Positions 18,423-27,217 of a stretch of DNA of 32,887 nucleotides are shown here, one piece after another. This DNA comes from an uncultured Gemmatimonadota bacterium. GTDB lineage: Bacteria > Gemmatimonadota > Gemmatimonadetes > Palauibacterales > Palauibacteraceae. A program made the translations under genes and the position numbers. The notes below the pieces were generated by a model. It was not told the DNA's origin and did not search any database. It worked only from the letters and a program-made list of their open reading frames with translations. How positions within the stretch are numbered: the first letter of the stretch is position 1; every line of letters starts with the position of its first letter. The stretch is from positions 1 to 32,887 of the forward strand of contig CAYWLF010000002.1 of NCBI GenBank assembly GCA_964458875.1, in the 5' to 3' direction.

Positions 18423-18482
18423 GCCTGCCGGACCGGGGTTTGCGTCCCATCGCGGGTAGCCAAGCCCGGACGAGGAGGACGC

Positions 18483-18995
18483 GTGCGCTGCCCCACCTGT
18501 GACCATATCGAAGATCGAGTCGTCGACTCGCGGCTGAGCCGCGGTGGTCGTGCCATCCGCCGCCGTCGGGAGTGTATCGCGTGTGGCCAGCGCTTCACGA
18601 CGTACGAACTCATCGAGCGTGAGCCTCTCACCGTCCGCAAGTCGTCCGGGGCCATCGAGCCGTACGACCGTCACAAGCTCCTGCGCAGCATAAGGATAGC
18701 CTGCGCAAAGCGTCCTGTTTCCCTCACCGAGATCGAGGACATGGTCGACGGCATCGAGGAGACGTTCGACGCGTCCGATGCGCGAGAGATCAGCAGCCAG
18801 GCAGTCGGGGAGCTGGTGATGCGCCACCTCCAGGGGACGGACCAGGTGGCGTACGTGCGTTTCGCCTCGGTGTACAGGAACTTCCAGGATACGACGGAGT
18901 TCATGGAGGAAGTGCGCGAGCTGGTGATGAGGGCTCGGTACCGGGCCCGCGGACAGCAGGAGCTCTTTGAAGCTACGGACGAGGCGAGCGAGTAG
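18483..18995 (+). CDS. nrdR: Transcriptional repressor NrdR (Zn-ribbon plus ATP-cone)
   Basis: GTG at 18483 follows GAGGAGGA. N-terminus MRCPTCDHIEDRVVDSRLSRGGRAIRRRRECIACGQRFTTYE, followed by an ATP-cone. Confidence 0.92.
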   Translation: MRCPTCDHIEDRVVDSRLSRGGRAIRRRRECIACGQRFTTYELIEREPLTVRKSSGAIEPYDRHKLLRSIRIACAKRPVSLTEIEDMVDGIEETFDASDAREISSQAVGELVMRHLQGTDQVAYVRFASVYRNFQDTTEFMEEVRELVMRARYRARGQQELFEATDEASE

Positions 18996-18999
18996 CGGA

Positions 19000-19764
19000 A
19001 TGGTGGGCGAACTGGGCGAGATGCCCTTCCTGGATCACCTCGAGGAATTGCGTGGGCGCGTGATCTGGAGCCTCGTCGCCCTGGTCGTGCTGTCGATCGT
19101 CGGCTTCTTCCTGGTCACAGAGTTCGGCGTGCTCGAGATCCTCGAGCGTCCGTTCAACCAGGTCCTGCCGGACGAGGGTCTACGCTATACGAGTCCCACC
19201 ACACCTGTCGTGATCACGTTCAAACTGGCGTTCGTCGTGGGTGGGATCCTGGCGCTCCCGGTCATCGCCTACCACACCTGGGCCTTCTTCTCGCCCGCTC
19301 TGTACGCGCATGAGAAGAAGTACGTCATTCCTGCGATCTCGGTGGGTTTCGTTCTGTTCCTCGCCGGAATCGCGATGGCGTACTTCCTGGTGCTGCCGCT
19401 CGGGCTGCGCTTCCTGATCGGGTTCCAGGCGGAGACGCTTACGCCGATCATCACGGTGGACGAGTACCTTCGGTTTGCCACCCGGCTCATCCTGGCTTTC
19501 GGGATCATCTTCGAGATGCCGGTCATCCTCGTCCTCCTGAGCTTCATGGGAATCGTGACGCCGGCCGGGCTCCGGAAGTACCAGCGGCACGCGCTCGTGA
19601 TCCTGGCCGTGACCTCGGCAATGCTGACACCGGCAGATCTGGGCACCATGTTCATGCTTCTTGTGCCCATGATCCTCCTGTACGAGCTGTCGATCTGGCT
19701 GGTGCGGCTGGTGGGCGGCGGGCGCACCCGCCCACGGGCCGAGGAGTCGGCCCCGGAGTCCTGA
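19000..19764 (+). CDS. tatC: Twin-arginine translocase subunit TatC
   Basis: ATG at 19000, 4 nt after the nrdR stop. MPFLDHLEELRGRVIWSL N-terminus and six predicted TM helices. The track start at 18967 is an upstream extension. Confidence 0.9.
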   Translation: MVGELGEMPFLDHLEELRGRVIWSLVALVVLSIVGFFLVTEFGVLEILERPFNQVLPDEGLRYTSPTTPVVITFKLAFVVGGILALPVIAYHTWAFFSPALYAHEKKYVIPAISVGFVLFLAGIAMAYFLVLPLGLRFLIGFQAETLTPIITVDEYLRFATRLILAFGIIFEMPVILVLLSFMGIVTPAGLRKYQRHALVILAVTSAMLTPADLGTMFMLLVPMILLYELSIWLVRLVGGGRTRPRAEESAPES

Positions 19765-19769
19765 CGGCT

Positions 19770-22631
19770 ATGCGAGCCGCGCGCATGCTTCTGCTCGGCA
19801 GCGTCCTTCTGGGTCTTCCCGCGTCGGCGGCCGCCCAGGATCCACCCCGGAGGCTCGGCGGCCGCGAAGACCTCGAGCAGGTGCGGCCAGGGCAGATCCC
19901 CGTGGACAGCCTGGGGTTTCCAATCGACACGCTCGGCCTCCCCGCTGATACAACGCCTCGCATAGACATCGAGGCGAGGCGCCAGGCTCTTGAAACGGAA
20001 GGGTTTCCGAAACGCGACGACATCTTCCGCGAGTTGAAGGATCTTTCCGGTTTCATGGTCTTCGAGTACCGGGGAGAGGAAGTGCGACTCGACGTGGAGG
20101 AACAACGGATCGGGCTGCTCGGCGACGCCCAGGTCAACCGGGGTCCTGACGTTTTGACGGCGGACACGATCCGGTATCGCGGCAACGTGAAGTTCATGTC
20201 TGCCATAGGAAATATCCAGCTGGTCGGCATGGACCAGAAGGACGTGAAGAGCGACTCGGTGCTCTACTACGACCTCGCCAAGCTCAAGGGGACGGTCTTC
20301 GGTGCCGAGACGCAGTTCATGCAGGGCGGCACGACGTGGCGGATCGTGGGCGATGTGATTCCCAAGGCGCAGGACACGGTGTTCGCTTCCCACGGCGCGT
20401 TCACTTCGTGCGATGTGGAGGCGCCCCACTACCGGTTCCAGGCCGGCGAGATCAAGCTCGTGAACCAGGATGTGATCGTGGCGTGGCCGGTCGTCCTGTA
20501 CGTCAGCAACGTGCCCGTGTTCTGGCTTCCGTTCTTCGCACAGGACATACGACCCGATCGGCGCAGCGGAATCCTCCCGCCCCGTTTCGGCTTCAACGAC
20601 GTCGTGCAGACGTCGGGCAGTTCCAGTCGGAACGTTACCGACTTCGGATACTACTGGGCGATCAACGACTACACGGACATCCAGGGATCGCTCGACTGGT
20701 TCAGCGGGAATTTCACTCGCCTGAACGGCGTGTTCAGGTATCGCTGGCTGAAGAAGTTCATCCGGGGGAGCGTTGCATACGGAGAGACGTTCAGCGAGAC
20801 CGGCCGAAACCTCACCCTCGGCTGGAACCATGACCAGGAACTGGGGCTGGCGACCACCCTCAGGGTGTCCGGGCGATACATCCAGGACACGCGCACGTTC
20901 CAGGACCAGACCTACGATCCAAGGCTGCAGACCCAGTCGATCGACTCGGATGCCGGCCTGAATCACCGTTTTTCGTTCGCAAACGTGTCCGTCTCGGCTC
21001 GGCGCCGGCAGTTCCTCACTAGCGAAAAGACGGAACTGACGCTTCCTCAGCTCAGCTTGAGCTTCTCGCCGATCACGCTGTTCGCGGCCCCCCGATCGAG
21101 TGAAGGCCTGTTCAACAACATGACACTGAGCGGTACCGGGAGATTCGGCCGCCAGAGCACCAGTCAGCCGTTCGCGACGGACCGCGCCACCACCGACGGC
21201 TCGCTGTCCGGTGGCCTGCGGCTCAAGCAACTCAACCTCTCGGGCGCCGCCCGGTACAACGAGGTGCGTACGACGGAGGAGGATTCGACCGGCATCGAGC
21301 TCCCGTCGGTGGCGGTGAGGAAGATGGACTGGAACGCTGGGCTGGACTACCAGGTCAACCTCATCGGATCGACGACGCTCCGACCGAACGTGCGGTGGAA
21401 CGGCGGCTATTTCCGATCGCCGGACACGGGTGGTGATTTCGTTTCGATTCCGACCCAGATGAGTTTCGGGGTTACGCTCAGCACCGACTTCTTCGGGTTC
21501 TACCCGGGGTTCGCCAGCTTCAGTCGGGTCCGCCACAAGCTGTCCGCCGGGTTTTCGTGGGCCTACGCTCCGGCCGTGGCCGTCGACTCGTCGCGAGCTT
21601 CAATCCCTGGTTTTCCGCTGGATTCGGTCCGAGCGCGCCACACGCTTTCGATCAACCTGAGGCAAACTTTCGAGGCGAAGGTCAAGGGGAGGGCGGAGCC
21701 CGCGACTGCCGTTCCAGCGGCCGGGGGCCAGGCAGGTCGTTCTCTTCCCGATCCGTCCCTACCGCCCGCAGCGGCGGCTCCGGCGGACTCCATGGCCGTG
21801 CCATCGGCGGACTCCATGGCCGCAGGGGGTGCAGGGGCAGCGCTGGCCAACGATACCGTGACTGCGGATCCGCTCGAACCCTCCGATCTGACTGGACCAC
21901 CGCGGATGCCCCCTCGCGATCGAGTCGTCACGCTGCTCGCGCTCAATACGTCGGCCTTCGTCTTCGACTTCGAGCGGGCGAAGATGGGGGAGCCCGCCCT
22001 GATTTCGCCGACCATCTCCAACAACATCAGTTCTGATCTACTCAGAGGTCTCACCATCAACATGACCCATCGCCTGTTCGAAGGGACGGGGGTGGACCGC
22101 AGATTCAGTCCATCATTACAGCAAATCGCGCTCAGCTTCAGCCTCCGGTCGGGGACGAGCCTCGGCGACCTGGTGGGCCTGGGAGGGGGGCAGTCGAGCT
22201 CCCCACAGGATCGGATGGCGGACGGATCGGCGGCCACGCGCGAGACCGATGCGCGCGACGGGCTGCGCGGGTTCTACGACGTAGACCGCACGGACCCGTT
22301 CGCAGAGGGATCCCGGAGTGGGCCGTGGAACCTCAGCTTGCGGTATTCCCTGGTCCGCCCCCAGACGGAGGGCGGTTTCGAGAGCCAGACGGTCGACGGG
22401 ACGCTCTCGTTCCAACCGACGCCCGGTTGGGCCGTTCGCTGGAGCACTCAGTACAACATCACTTCGGGCGACTTCGGTCAGCAGTTGATCACACTGGATC
22501 GCGACCTGCACCGGTGGCGAGCCTCCTTCCAGTTCGCGCGCTCCCCGAACGGGAACGTCATCTTCTCGGTTGGCGTGCACCTCACGGACGCCCCTGAGCT
22601 CAAGGGCGACTACAAGCAGCAGACCAACTGA
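19770..22631 (+). CDS. lptD: LptD/OstA-like large outer-membrane beta-barrel protein
   Basis: Signal peptide (LLLGSVLLGLPASAAAQD). OstA-like N-terminal jellyroll (LLGDAQVNRGPDVLTADTIRY). LptD-type segment (FTSCDVEAPHYRFQAGEIKLVNQDVIVAWPVVLYVSNVPVFWLPFF). Long C-terminal beta-strand-rich region. Confidence 0.75.
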   Translation: MRAARMLLLGSVLLGLPASAAAQDPPRRLGGREDLEQVRPGQIPVDSLGFPIDTLGLPADTTPRIDIEARRQALETEGFPKRDDIFRELKDLSGFMVFEYRGEEVRLDVEEQRIGLLGDAQVNRGPDVLTADTIRYRGNVKFMSAIGNIQLVGMDQKDVKSDSVLYYDLAKLKGTVFGAETQFMQGGTTWRIVGDVIPKAQDTVFASHGAFTSCDVEAPHYRFQAGEIKLVNQDVIVAWPVVLYVSNVPVFWLPFFAQDIRPDRRSGILPPRFGFNDVVQTSGSSSRNVTDFGYYWAINDYTDIQGSLDWFSGNFTRLNGVFRYRWLKKFIRGSVAYGETFSETGRNLTLGWNHDQELGLATTLRVSGRYIQDTRTFQDQTYDPRLQTQSIDSDAGLNHRFSFANVSVSARRRQFLTSEKTELTLPQLSLSFSPITLFAAPRSSEGLFNNMTLSGTGRFGRQSTSQPFATDRATTDGSLSGGLRLKQLNLSGAARYNEVRTTEEDSTGIELPSVAVRKMDWNAGLDYQVNLIGSTTLRPNVRWNGGYFRSPDTGGDFVSIPTQMSFGVTLSTDFFGFYPGFASFSRVRHKLSAGFSWAYAPAVAVDSSRASIPGFPLDSVRARHTLSINLRQTFEAKVKGRAEPATAVPAAGGQAGRSLPDPSLPPAAAAPADSMAVPSADSMAAGGAGAALANDTVTADPLEPSDLTGPPRMPPRDRVVTLLALNTSAFVFDFERAKMGEPALISPTISNNISSDLLRGLTINMTHRLFEGTGVDRRFSPSLQQIALSFSLRSGTSLGDLVGLGGGQSSSPQDRMADGSAATRETDARDGLRGFYDVDRTDPFAEGSRSGPWNLSLRYSLVRPQTEGGFESQTVDGTLSFQPTPGWAVRWSTQYNITSGDFGQQLITLDRDLHRWRASFQFARSPNGNVIFSVGVHLTDAPELKGDYKQQTN
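21781..21822 (+). repeat. Perfect 18-nt direct repeat with 24-nt period inside the lptD-like gene
   Basis: CGGCGGACTCCATGGCCG occurs at 21781-21798 and again at 21805-21822. It encodes ADSMAVPS/ADSMAAGG within an Ala/Pro/Gly-rich segment. Confidence 0.9.
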
Positions 22632-22825
22632 GGCAGGTCGTGACGGCGTGGCCGGTTTCTTGAACTAGAATGGTCGGGGTTCCGCGATCGACGTCCAGAC
22701 GGTGGCCTTGCCGGAGCCGGCTGGATGGACCTTGCGAATCCCGTGAGATTGTAGTGCGTTCCGTCGGTGGCAGACGATTCCGGCTCGTTGCGAGAGCCAC
22801 TGTGAGGGGAGAGGAACAGGCACGG

Positions 22826-25609
22826 ATGACCAGGCACCACCAGCTCAAGAACGAGGCGCGCAGGGCCGAACAGCGGTCTGATTGGGGTCGAGCCATCGAG
22901 CTGTACAAGGCCGCGATTCGTCTCGAAGATGAGCACGAATCGGGGTCTGACGTCGGTGTCTACAACCGGGTCGGCGATCTTTACCTCAGGCAGGGCGATA
23001 CGGCGGCCGCAGTCGAGTACTATGAGCAGGCATCGGACCGCTATGCGGCCGCCGGGCTTCACACCTCCGCTATCGCGCTCTGCAACAAGATTTTGCGAAT
23101 CGCTCCAGACCGTGACGAAGTGTACGGCAGGCTCGCACGCTTGCACGCATCCACCGGCCTGCTCGCTGAGGCCCGGAGCGCATTCCTCAGGTTCGCCGAA
23201 CGGATGAGGGAAACCGACCGACTGAGTGAGGCCCTGGAGGCCGTGCAGGATCTGGTGAGCCTGACGGGCGACGAAGAACTTCGAGCTGCCTTCGCCGAAC
23301 AACTCGTCGACGCGGGCCTCGGCGCGCAGGCCGTGGCCCAACTGCGGCTCGTGTATCAGGCCCGGGTGGCTGGGGGGCGCAATGCCCAGGACATCCGCGA
23401 GAAGATCCTCGCCCTCGATCCCGATGCCGATCCAGCAGGCGGTACCTCAGCTCCGCCTCCCCGTGCTACGCCGACGCCAGATCCGCTGGTGGCGGACTTT
23501 GCACCCCAGGGTACGGGGGCCGCTGGGCCGTCTGCGCCGTCCGTGGCGGCCCAGGCGCCTCCGGGCACACCCGAAGCGGTGGTCATCGATGTCCGACCGA
23601 CCGACGGGATATCGGATGAGCCGGAACGAGGGCCAGTACCTGACGGATCGTCATTCGACGTACCGGATTCTCCGCCCGAGGGCGACCCGGCCGTCGAGTC
23701 GGTACTCACCAGGTTTCGTTCGCAGGTGAGGGGTATCGTCGAAGAAACGGATCACGCGGTGCACTACGACCTCGGGGTCGCCTACATGGGCATGGAACTG
23801 TACAAGGACGCCATCGGAGAATTCCGACTGGCCATGCAGAGCCCCGCTTTGATGGAATCGGCGCACGCCCTGCTCGGTGAGTGCCTGAGCGCTCGTGGTG
23901 AGCTCGAGGACTCGGAGGTCGTGGAACTAGATCTCGGAGACAACGACGAGCCCGTACTGCCGCTGGCCGCCCCGGATGACTTCATGTTGGGCCAATCGCT
24001 TGACCTGGGGGTCCCCGAGGAACCGGAAACGCTGGAGCCGGCGATCGACGGCACCGAAGACCCGGTCGCCGAGGATGAGTCCACGGCGCCAGCGTCTGCC
24101 GACGAAGAGGAGCTGGCCGAAATGCTTTTCCAGGCCCGCCTGGCCCAGCACCGGGCTCGTGCTGCCCAGGAAGACGGCGGGGCAGACCATGAGGCTCACC
24201 TGGATCTCGGACGGACCTATGAGCGGATGGGGCTGATCACGGAGGCCGTACGGGATCTCGCGAAGGCGATCGACGGCCCACCGGCCGTGAAGGCGGAGGC
24301 GCTGGACTCGCTGGAGCGAATCGTTTCCTCCGGGTCGATCGAGGCGTCGGCTCTGGCGGAAGCTCTCACGAGGCTCACGGAGCACGGTCGCGCGGTCGCG
24401 GCTGTCGCCGCTGGCCGGGAGTTCGTTCAGCGGACGGGAATTCGCGAGGTAGATCGCCAGATCGTTCTCGCGGCGCTACCTGAGGAGGAGCGGGTCACGG
24501 TCAGTGAGAGGGTCGTGGCGGATCCCTCCAACCCGGCTGGAGAGGCGCTCGCTGAACTCGGCGACATTCTCTCCGAGCTGGATGACATATCGGCTGACGA
24601 ACTGGACCTGGACGCATTGGAAGACCCTCTGGATTCGGAATCGTCGACGAACTCACTCGCGGGGGTATCGCGAACACCAGCGGTCTCCGGGGCTGCCACG
24701 CCCCCGGGCGATGATCCGGTGGCCCTCTTCGGCGAAGCCGAAGGTCTCCGGGCGGCAGGCCGCATGGATGAAGCCGAGTCACACTACTATCGAGCGCTCG
24801 AACTGTTCGAGAAGAAGCGTGACGCGATCAACGCCATCCGGGCGGTTGACCGACTACTCGGCCTGCATCCCGACGACGTGGTCCTGCATCACCAGAAGAA
24901 CGAGTTTGCGATCATGACGAACGATCGTGAGCTCCTCGTCTCGTCGTACCTTGACCTGGCGGCCTGCCTACGCAGGCAGAACGGCTTTCGGAGCGCGAGG
25001 ACGGTATACGGGCGCATCCTGGACCTTGACCCGGGGAACGCCGAAGCTCGGGCCGGAATCGCAGCGGTCGACGCAGACGAGCTTGCCCGCGAGCGACATC
25101 GGCAACAGCAGCCTGAACGGCGATCTTCCGAGGACGTGGTCTCCACGGAGATCGAATCGACGGGTGTCGAAGTTCTGCAGCCGTCCGGCGAGATCGACGC
25201 CATGTTTCAGGACTTGAACGCCGGAGATGAAGAGGCGGAGCCAACGCCGCCCGACTACGAGTCGCATTTCGAGCTAGGGATCGCATTCCAGCAGATGGAA
25301 ATGTGGGACGAGGCCGCGCGCGAGTTCAAGCAGGCCGTTCAAGGAATGAAGGACCCGCTCCAAGCCTATGAGTACCTGGGAGTATGCCTGTTGGCTCTTC
25401 GACGCTATGACGAGGCCAGGCGCACCCTGGGTGTCGCCGTGACACATCCCGGAGCGGACGAAGATCGTGCGGCAGTGCTGTTTCAGCTCGGGCTCGCGCA
25501 CCTCAGGTCAGGAGACAGCGCCTCGGCTCGAGACTGTCTCGAGCGCGTCCTGGAGATCGCCCCGTCGCGCGCGGATGCCACTCACCTGTTGTCCACACTT
25601 CCCGCGTGA
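22826..25609 (+). CDS. Large (927 aa) acidic TPR-repeat protein of unknown function
   Basis: ATG at 22826 is preceded by GGGGAGAGGA. The track ORF from 22670 has an Arg-rich, non-protein-like extension. N-terminal TPR array, a Pro-rich segment, then acidic linkers alternating with TPR units. Confidence 0.8.
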   Translation: MTRHHQLKNEARRAEQRSDWGRAIELYKAAIRLEDEHESGSDVGVYNRVGDLYLRQGDTAAAVEYYEQASDRYAAAGLHTSAIALCNKILRIAPDRDEVYGRLARLHASTGLLAEARSAFLRFAERMRETDRLSEALEAVQDLVSLTGDEELRAAFAEQLVDAGLGAQAVAQLRLVYQARVAGGRNAQDIREKILALDPDADPAGGTSAPPPRATPTPDPLVADFAPQGTGAAGPSAPSVAAQAPPGTPEAVVIDVRPTDGISDEPERGPVPDGSSFDVPDSPPEGDPAVESVLTRFRSQVRGIVEETDHAVHYDLGVAYMGMELYKDAIGEFRLAMQSPALMESAHALLGECLSARGELEDSEVVELDLGDNDEPVLPLAAPDDFMLGQSLDLGVPEEPETLEPAIDGTEDPVAEDESTAPASADEEELAEMLFQARLAQHRARAAQEDGGADHEAHLDLGRTYERMGLITEAVRDLAKAIDGPPAVKAEALDSLERIVSSGSIEASALAEALTRLTEHGRAVAAVAAGREFVQRTGIREVDRQIVLAALPEEERVTVSERVVADPSNPAGEALAELGDILSELDDISADELDLDALEDPLDSESSTNSLAGVSRTPAVSGAATPPGDDPVALFGEAEGLRAAGRMDEAESHYYRALELFEKKRDAINAIRAVDRLLGLHPDDVVLHHQKNEFAIMTNDRELLVSSYLDLAACLRRQNGFRSARTVYGRILDLDPGNAEARAGIAAVDADELARERHRQQQPERRSSEDVVSTEIESTGVEVLQPSGEIDAMFQDLNAGDEEAEPTPPDYESHFELGIAFQQMEMWDEAAREFKQAVQGMKDPLQAYEYLGVCLLALRRYDEARRTLGVAVTHPGADEDRAAVLFQLGLAHLRSGDSASARDCLERVLEIAPSRADATHLLSTLPA

Positions 25610-25618
25610 CGGTATAAT
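25589..25618 (+). promoter_or_regulatory. Candidate sigma70-like promoter for the polyprenyl synthase operon (TTGTCC-N18-TATAAT)
   Basis: TTGTCC at 25589-25594 (inside the end of the TPR gene), an 18-nt spacer, and a perfect TATAAT at 25613-25618. Confidence 0.35.
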
Positions 25619-25628
25619 CCGGTCGATC

Positions 25629-25651
25629 CTGCGTCCGGAGGACGGACGCGG
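25629..25651 (+). promoter_or_regulatory. Stable 9-bp stem / 5-nt loop hairpin in the TPR-ispB intergenic region
   Basis: CTGCGTCCG (25629-25637), loop GAGGA, CGGACGCGG (25643-25651), with one G-U pair. No U-tract follows. It could be a terminator or processing element for the TPR gene, or a 5' stem-loop of the ispB transcript. Confidence 0.4.
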
Positions 25652-25673
25652 CATTGGATGACCGGGGAGGCTG

Positions 25674-26660
25674 ATGCTGGACGCCACCATACCGACTCTC
25701 GAGGGCCTGCAGGAGCCGATCGCAGCCAGGCTCGCGGAAGTGCAGGGTGATCTCAAGGCCATGGTCGAGGCAGACTTCGGAGCCGTGAACGAGGTCAGCG
25801 ACTACCTGCTTTCCGCGCGCGGCAAGATGTTGCGTCCGACCCTCGTCCTGCTCTGCAACGCCGTGGGTGGACGGTCGGTGCCGGAGGCAGTCCGACTTGC
25901 CGCGGTCGTGGAGTTGATGCATGTCGCGACCCTGGTGCACGATGACGCGGTGGATCATTCGCCCGAGCGCCGGGGAATGCCTACAGTGAATTCCCGCTGG
26001 AGCCACCAGGTCGCGGTGATCATGGGCGACTACCTCTATTCGCGTGCTCTCGTCGAGATTACCGAGATGGGTCGGATAGATGCGGTTCATCTGCTGGCTG
26101 ATGCCTCCAATCGAATGTCGATCGGGGAGATGCGTCAGCTTGCGGCACACGATGCGCTGGGCGTCAGCGAGGAAGACTACTACCTGCTGTGCGACCGGAA
26201 GACCGCTTCGTTAATCAGTGCGGCCTGTGAGTTGGGGGCGATGTTCGGAGAACCGGTGTATCGCGACAGCCTGGCGGAGTACGGACGCGATCTCGGTATG
26301 ACGTTCCAGATCACTGACGACCTGCTCGATTACAATCAGACGGCGGACATCACGGGCAAGCCGAGCGGCCTGGACCTGAGAGAGCACAAGGTCACCCTCC
26401 CGCTCATCTCGGCGCTGCCGAGACTCGATTCGGCGGGCCGGGCAGCCGTAGACGACGTGTTCGCCGATCCGCTCCCTTCGAAGGACAAGATCGATCGGGT
26501 GGTCGAGCTCGTTCGGGATGCCGGGGGCCTGGAGTATGCACGGCAAAGGGCCCGTGACTACGCGAACGCGGCCAAGAATCGGTTATCCGCATTGCCCGAT
26601 GAGCCATCCGTTCGAATTCTGGATCACGCCGTGGACTTCGTCGTGGGGCGCAGCAAATGA
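25674..26660 (+). CDS. ispB: Long-chain polyprenyl diphosphate synthase (IspB/HepT-like)
   Basis: First Asp-rich motif (LVHDDAVDHSPERRG) and second Asp-rich motif (FQITDDLLDY). 328 aa. Confidence 0.88.
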   Translation: MLDATIPTLEGLQEPIAARLAEVQGDLKAMVEADFGAVNEVSDYLLSARGKMLRPTLVLLCNAVGGRSVPEAVRLAAVVELMHVATLVHDDAVDHSPERRGMPTVNSRWSHQVAVIMGDYLYSRALVEITEMGRIDAVHLLADASNRMSIGEMRQLAAHDALGVSEEDYYLLCDRKTASLISAACELGAMFGEPVYRDSLAEYGRDLGMTFQITDDLLDYNQTADITGKPSGLDLREHKVTLPLISALPRLDSAGRAAVDDVFADPLPSKDKIDRVVELVRDAGGLEYARQRARDYANAAKNRLSALPDEPSVRILDHAVDFVVGRSK

Positions 26661-26944
26661 CCGTGGATTTCGGTGGAAGACGCAGGCCGTCGGCGAAGAG
26701 GGTTACGCTGATCGTGGCCGGAGGCATGATGTTGGGCGCACTGCTCACGGAACTCATGGCTCTGGCCCTCCCGGCCAGCGCCGCGCGTGAGTTCTTCGTG
26801 ACGACGGTCGCTGCGTCCCTCGGCCCCCTGACCATTGACTTGCTCGTGCTGGCTATGACGGTGGGACCGCTGGTAATCCGCCTGAACATTCTCAGCGTCG
26901 TCAGCATACTACTACTTGCGTGGTTCGCGAAATCACTGCTGTAG
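26657..26944 (+). CDS. Small two-TM membrane protein, DUF4321-like
   Basis: ATG overlaps the ispB stop (ATGA). 95 aa. Two hydrophobic helices flank a segment (...FFVTTVAASLGPLTIDLLVLAMTVGPLVIRLNILSVV...) that resembles my recollection of the DUF4321 family. Unverified. Confidence 0.55.
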   Translation: MTVDFGGRRRPSAKRVTLIVAGGMMLGALLTELMALALPASAAREFFVTTVAASLGPLTIDLLVLAMTVGPLVIRLNILSVVSILLLAWFAKSLL

Positions 26945-26969
26945 GCCACTGACATCGGAAGGAGGAGCC

Positions 26970-27203
26970 ATGTTTGGCAATTTCGGCATGTGGGAAATGC
27001 TCATCATTCTCTTTATAGTGATGCTGTTGTTCGGCGCTCGCCGGCTTCCCGAGATCGGTGGGTCGCTGGGTAAGGGGATTCGCGAGTTCAAAGGGTCGCT
27101 GAAGGAGGTCGAGAACGAGCTGAAGGAGATCGGAGGCTCTGACTCCCCGAACGACACGGTGCAGCAGGGAGAGGAGCAGGAGGAAGCTCAGCCACGCGTC
27201 TGA
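26970..27203 (+). CDS. tatA: Twin-arginine translocase subunit TatA/E
   Basis: ATG at 26970 follows GGAAGGAGGAG. Sequence MFGNFGMWEMLIILFIVMLLFGARRLPEIGGSLGKGIREFK, followed by an acidic tail. Confidence 0.92.
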   Translation: MFGNFGMWEMLIILFIVMLLFGARRLPEIGGSLGKGIREFKGSLKEVENELKEIGGSDSPNDTVQQGEEQEEAQPRV

Positions 27204-27217
27204 GACTCCCCGATGTG

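Noticed and set aside
19269-21536. 755-aa minus-strand ORF opposite tatC and the lptD-like gene
   Set aside because: It spans two well-supported plus-strand genes and the gap between them. Its Arg/Glu/Pro-rich translation has no motifs. High-GC artefact.
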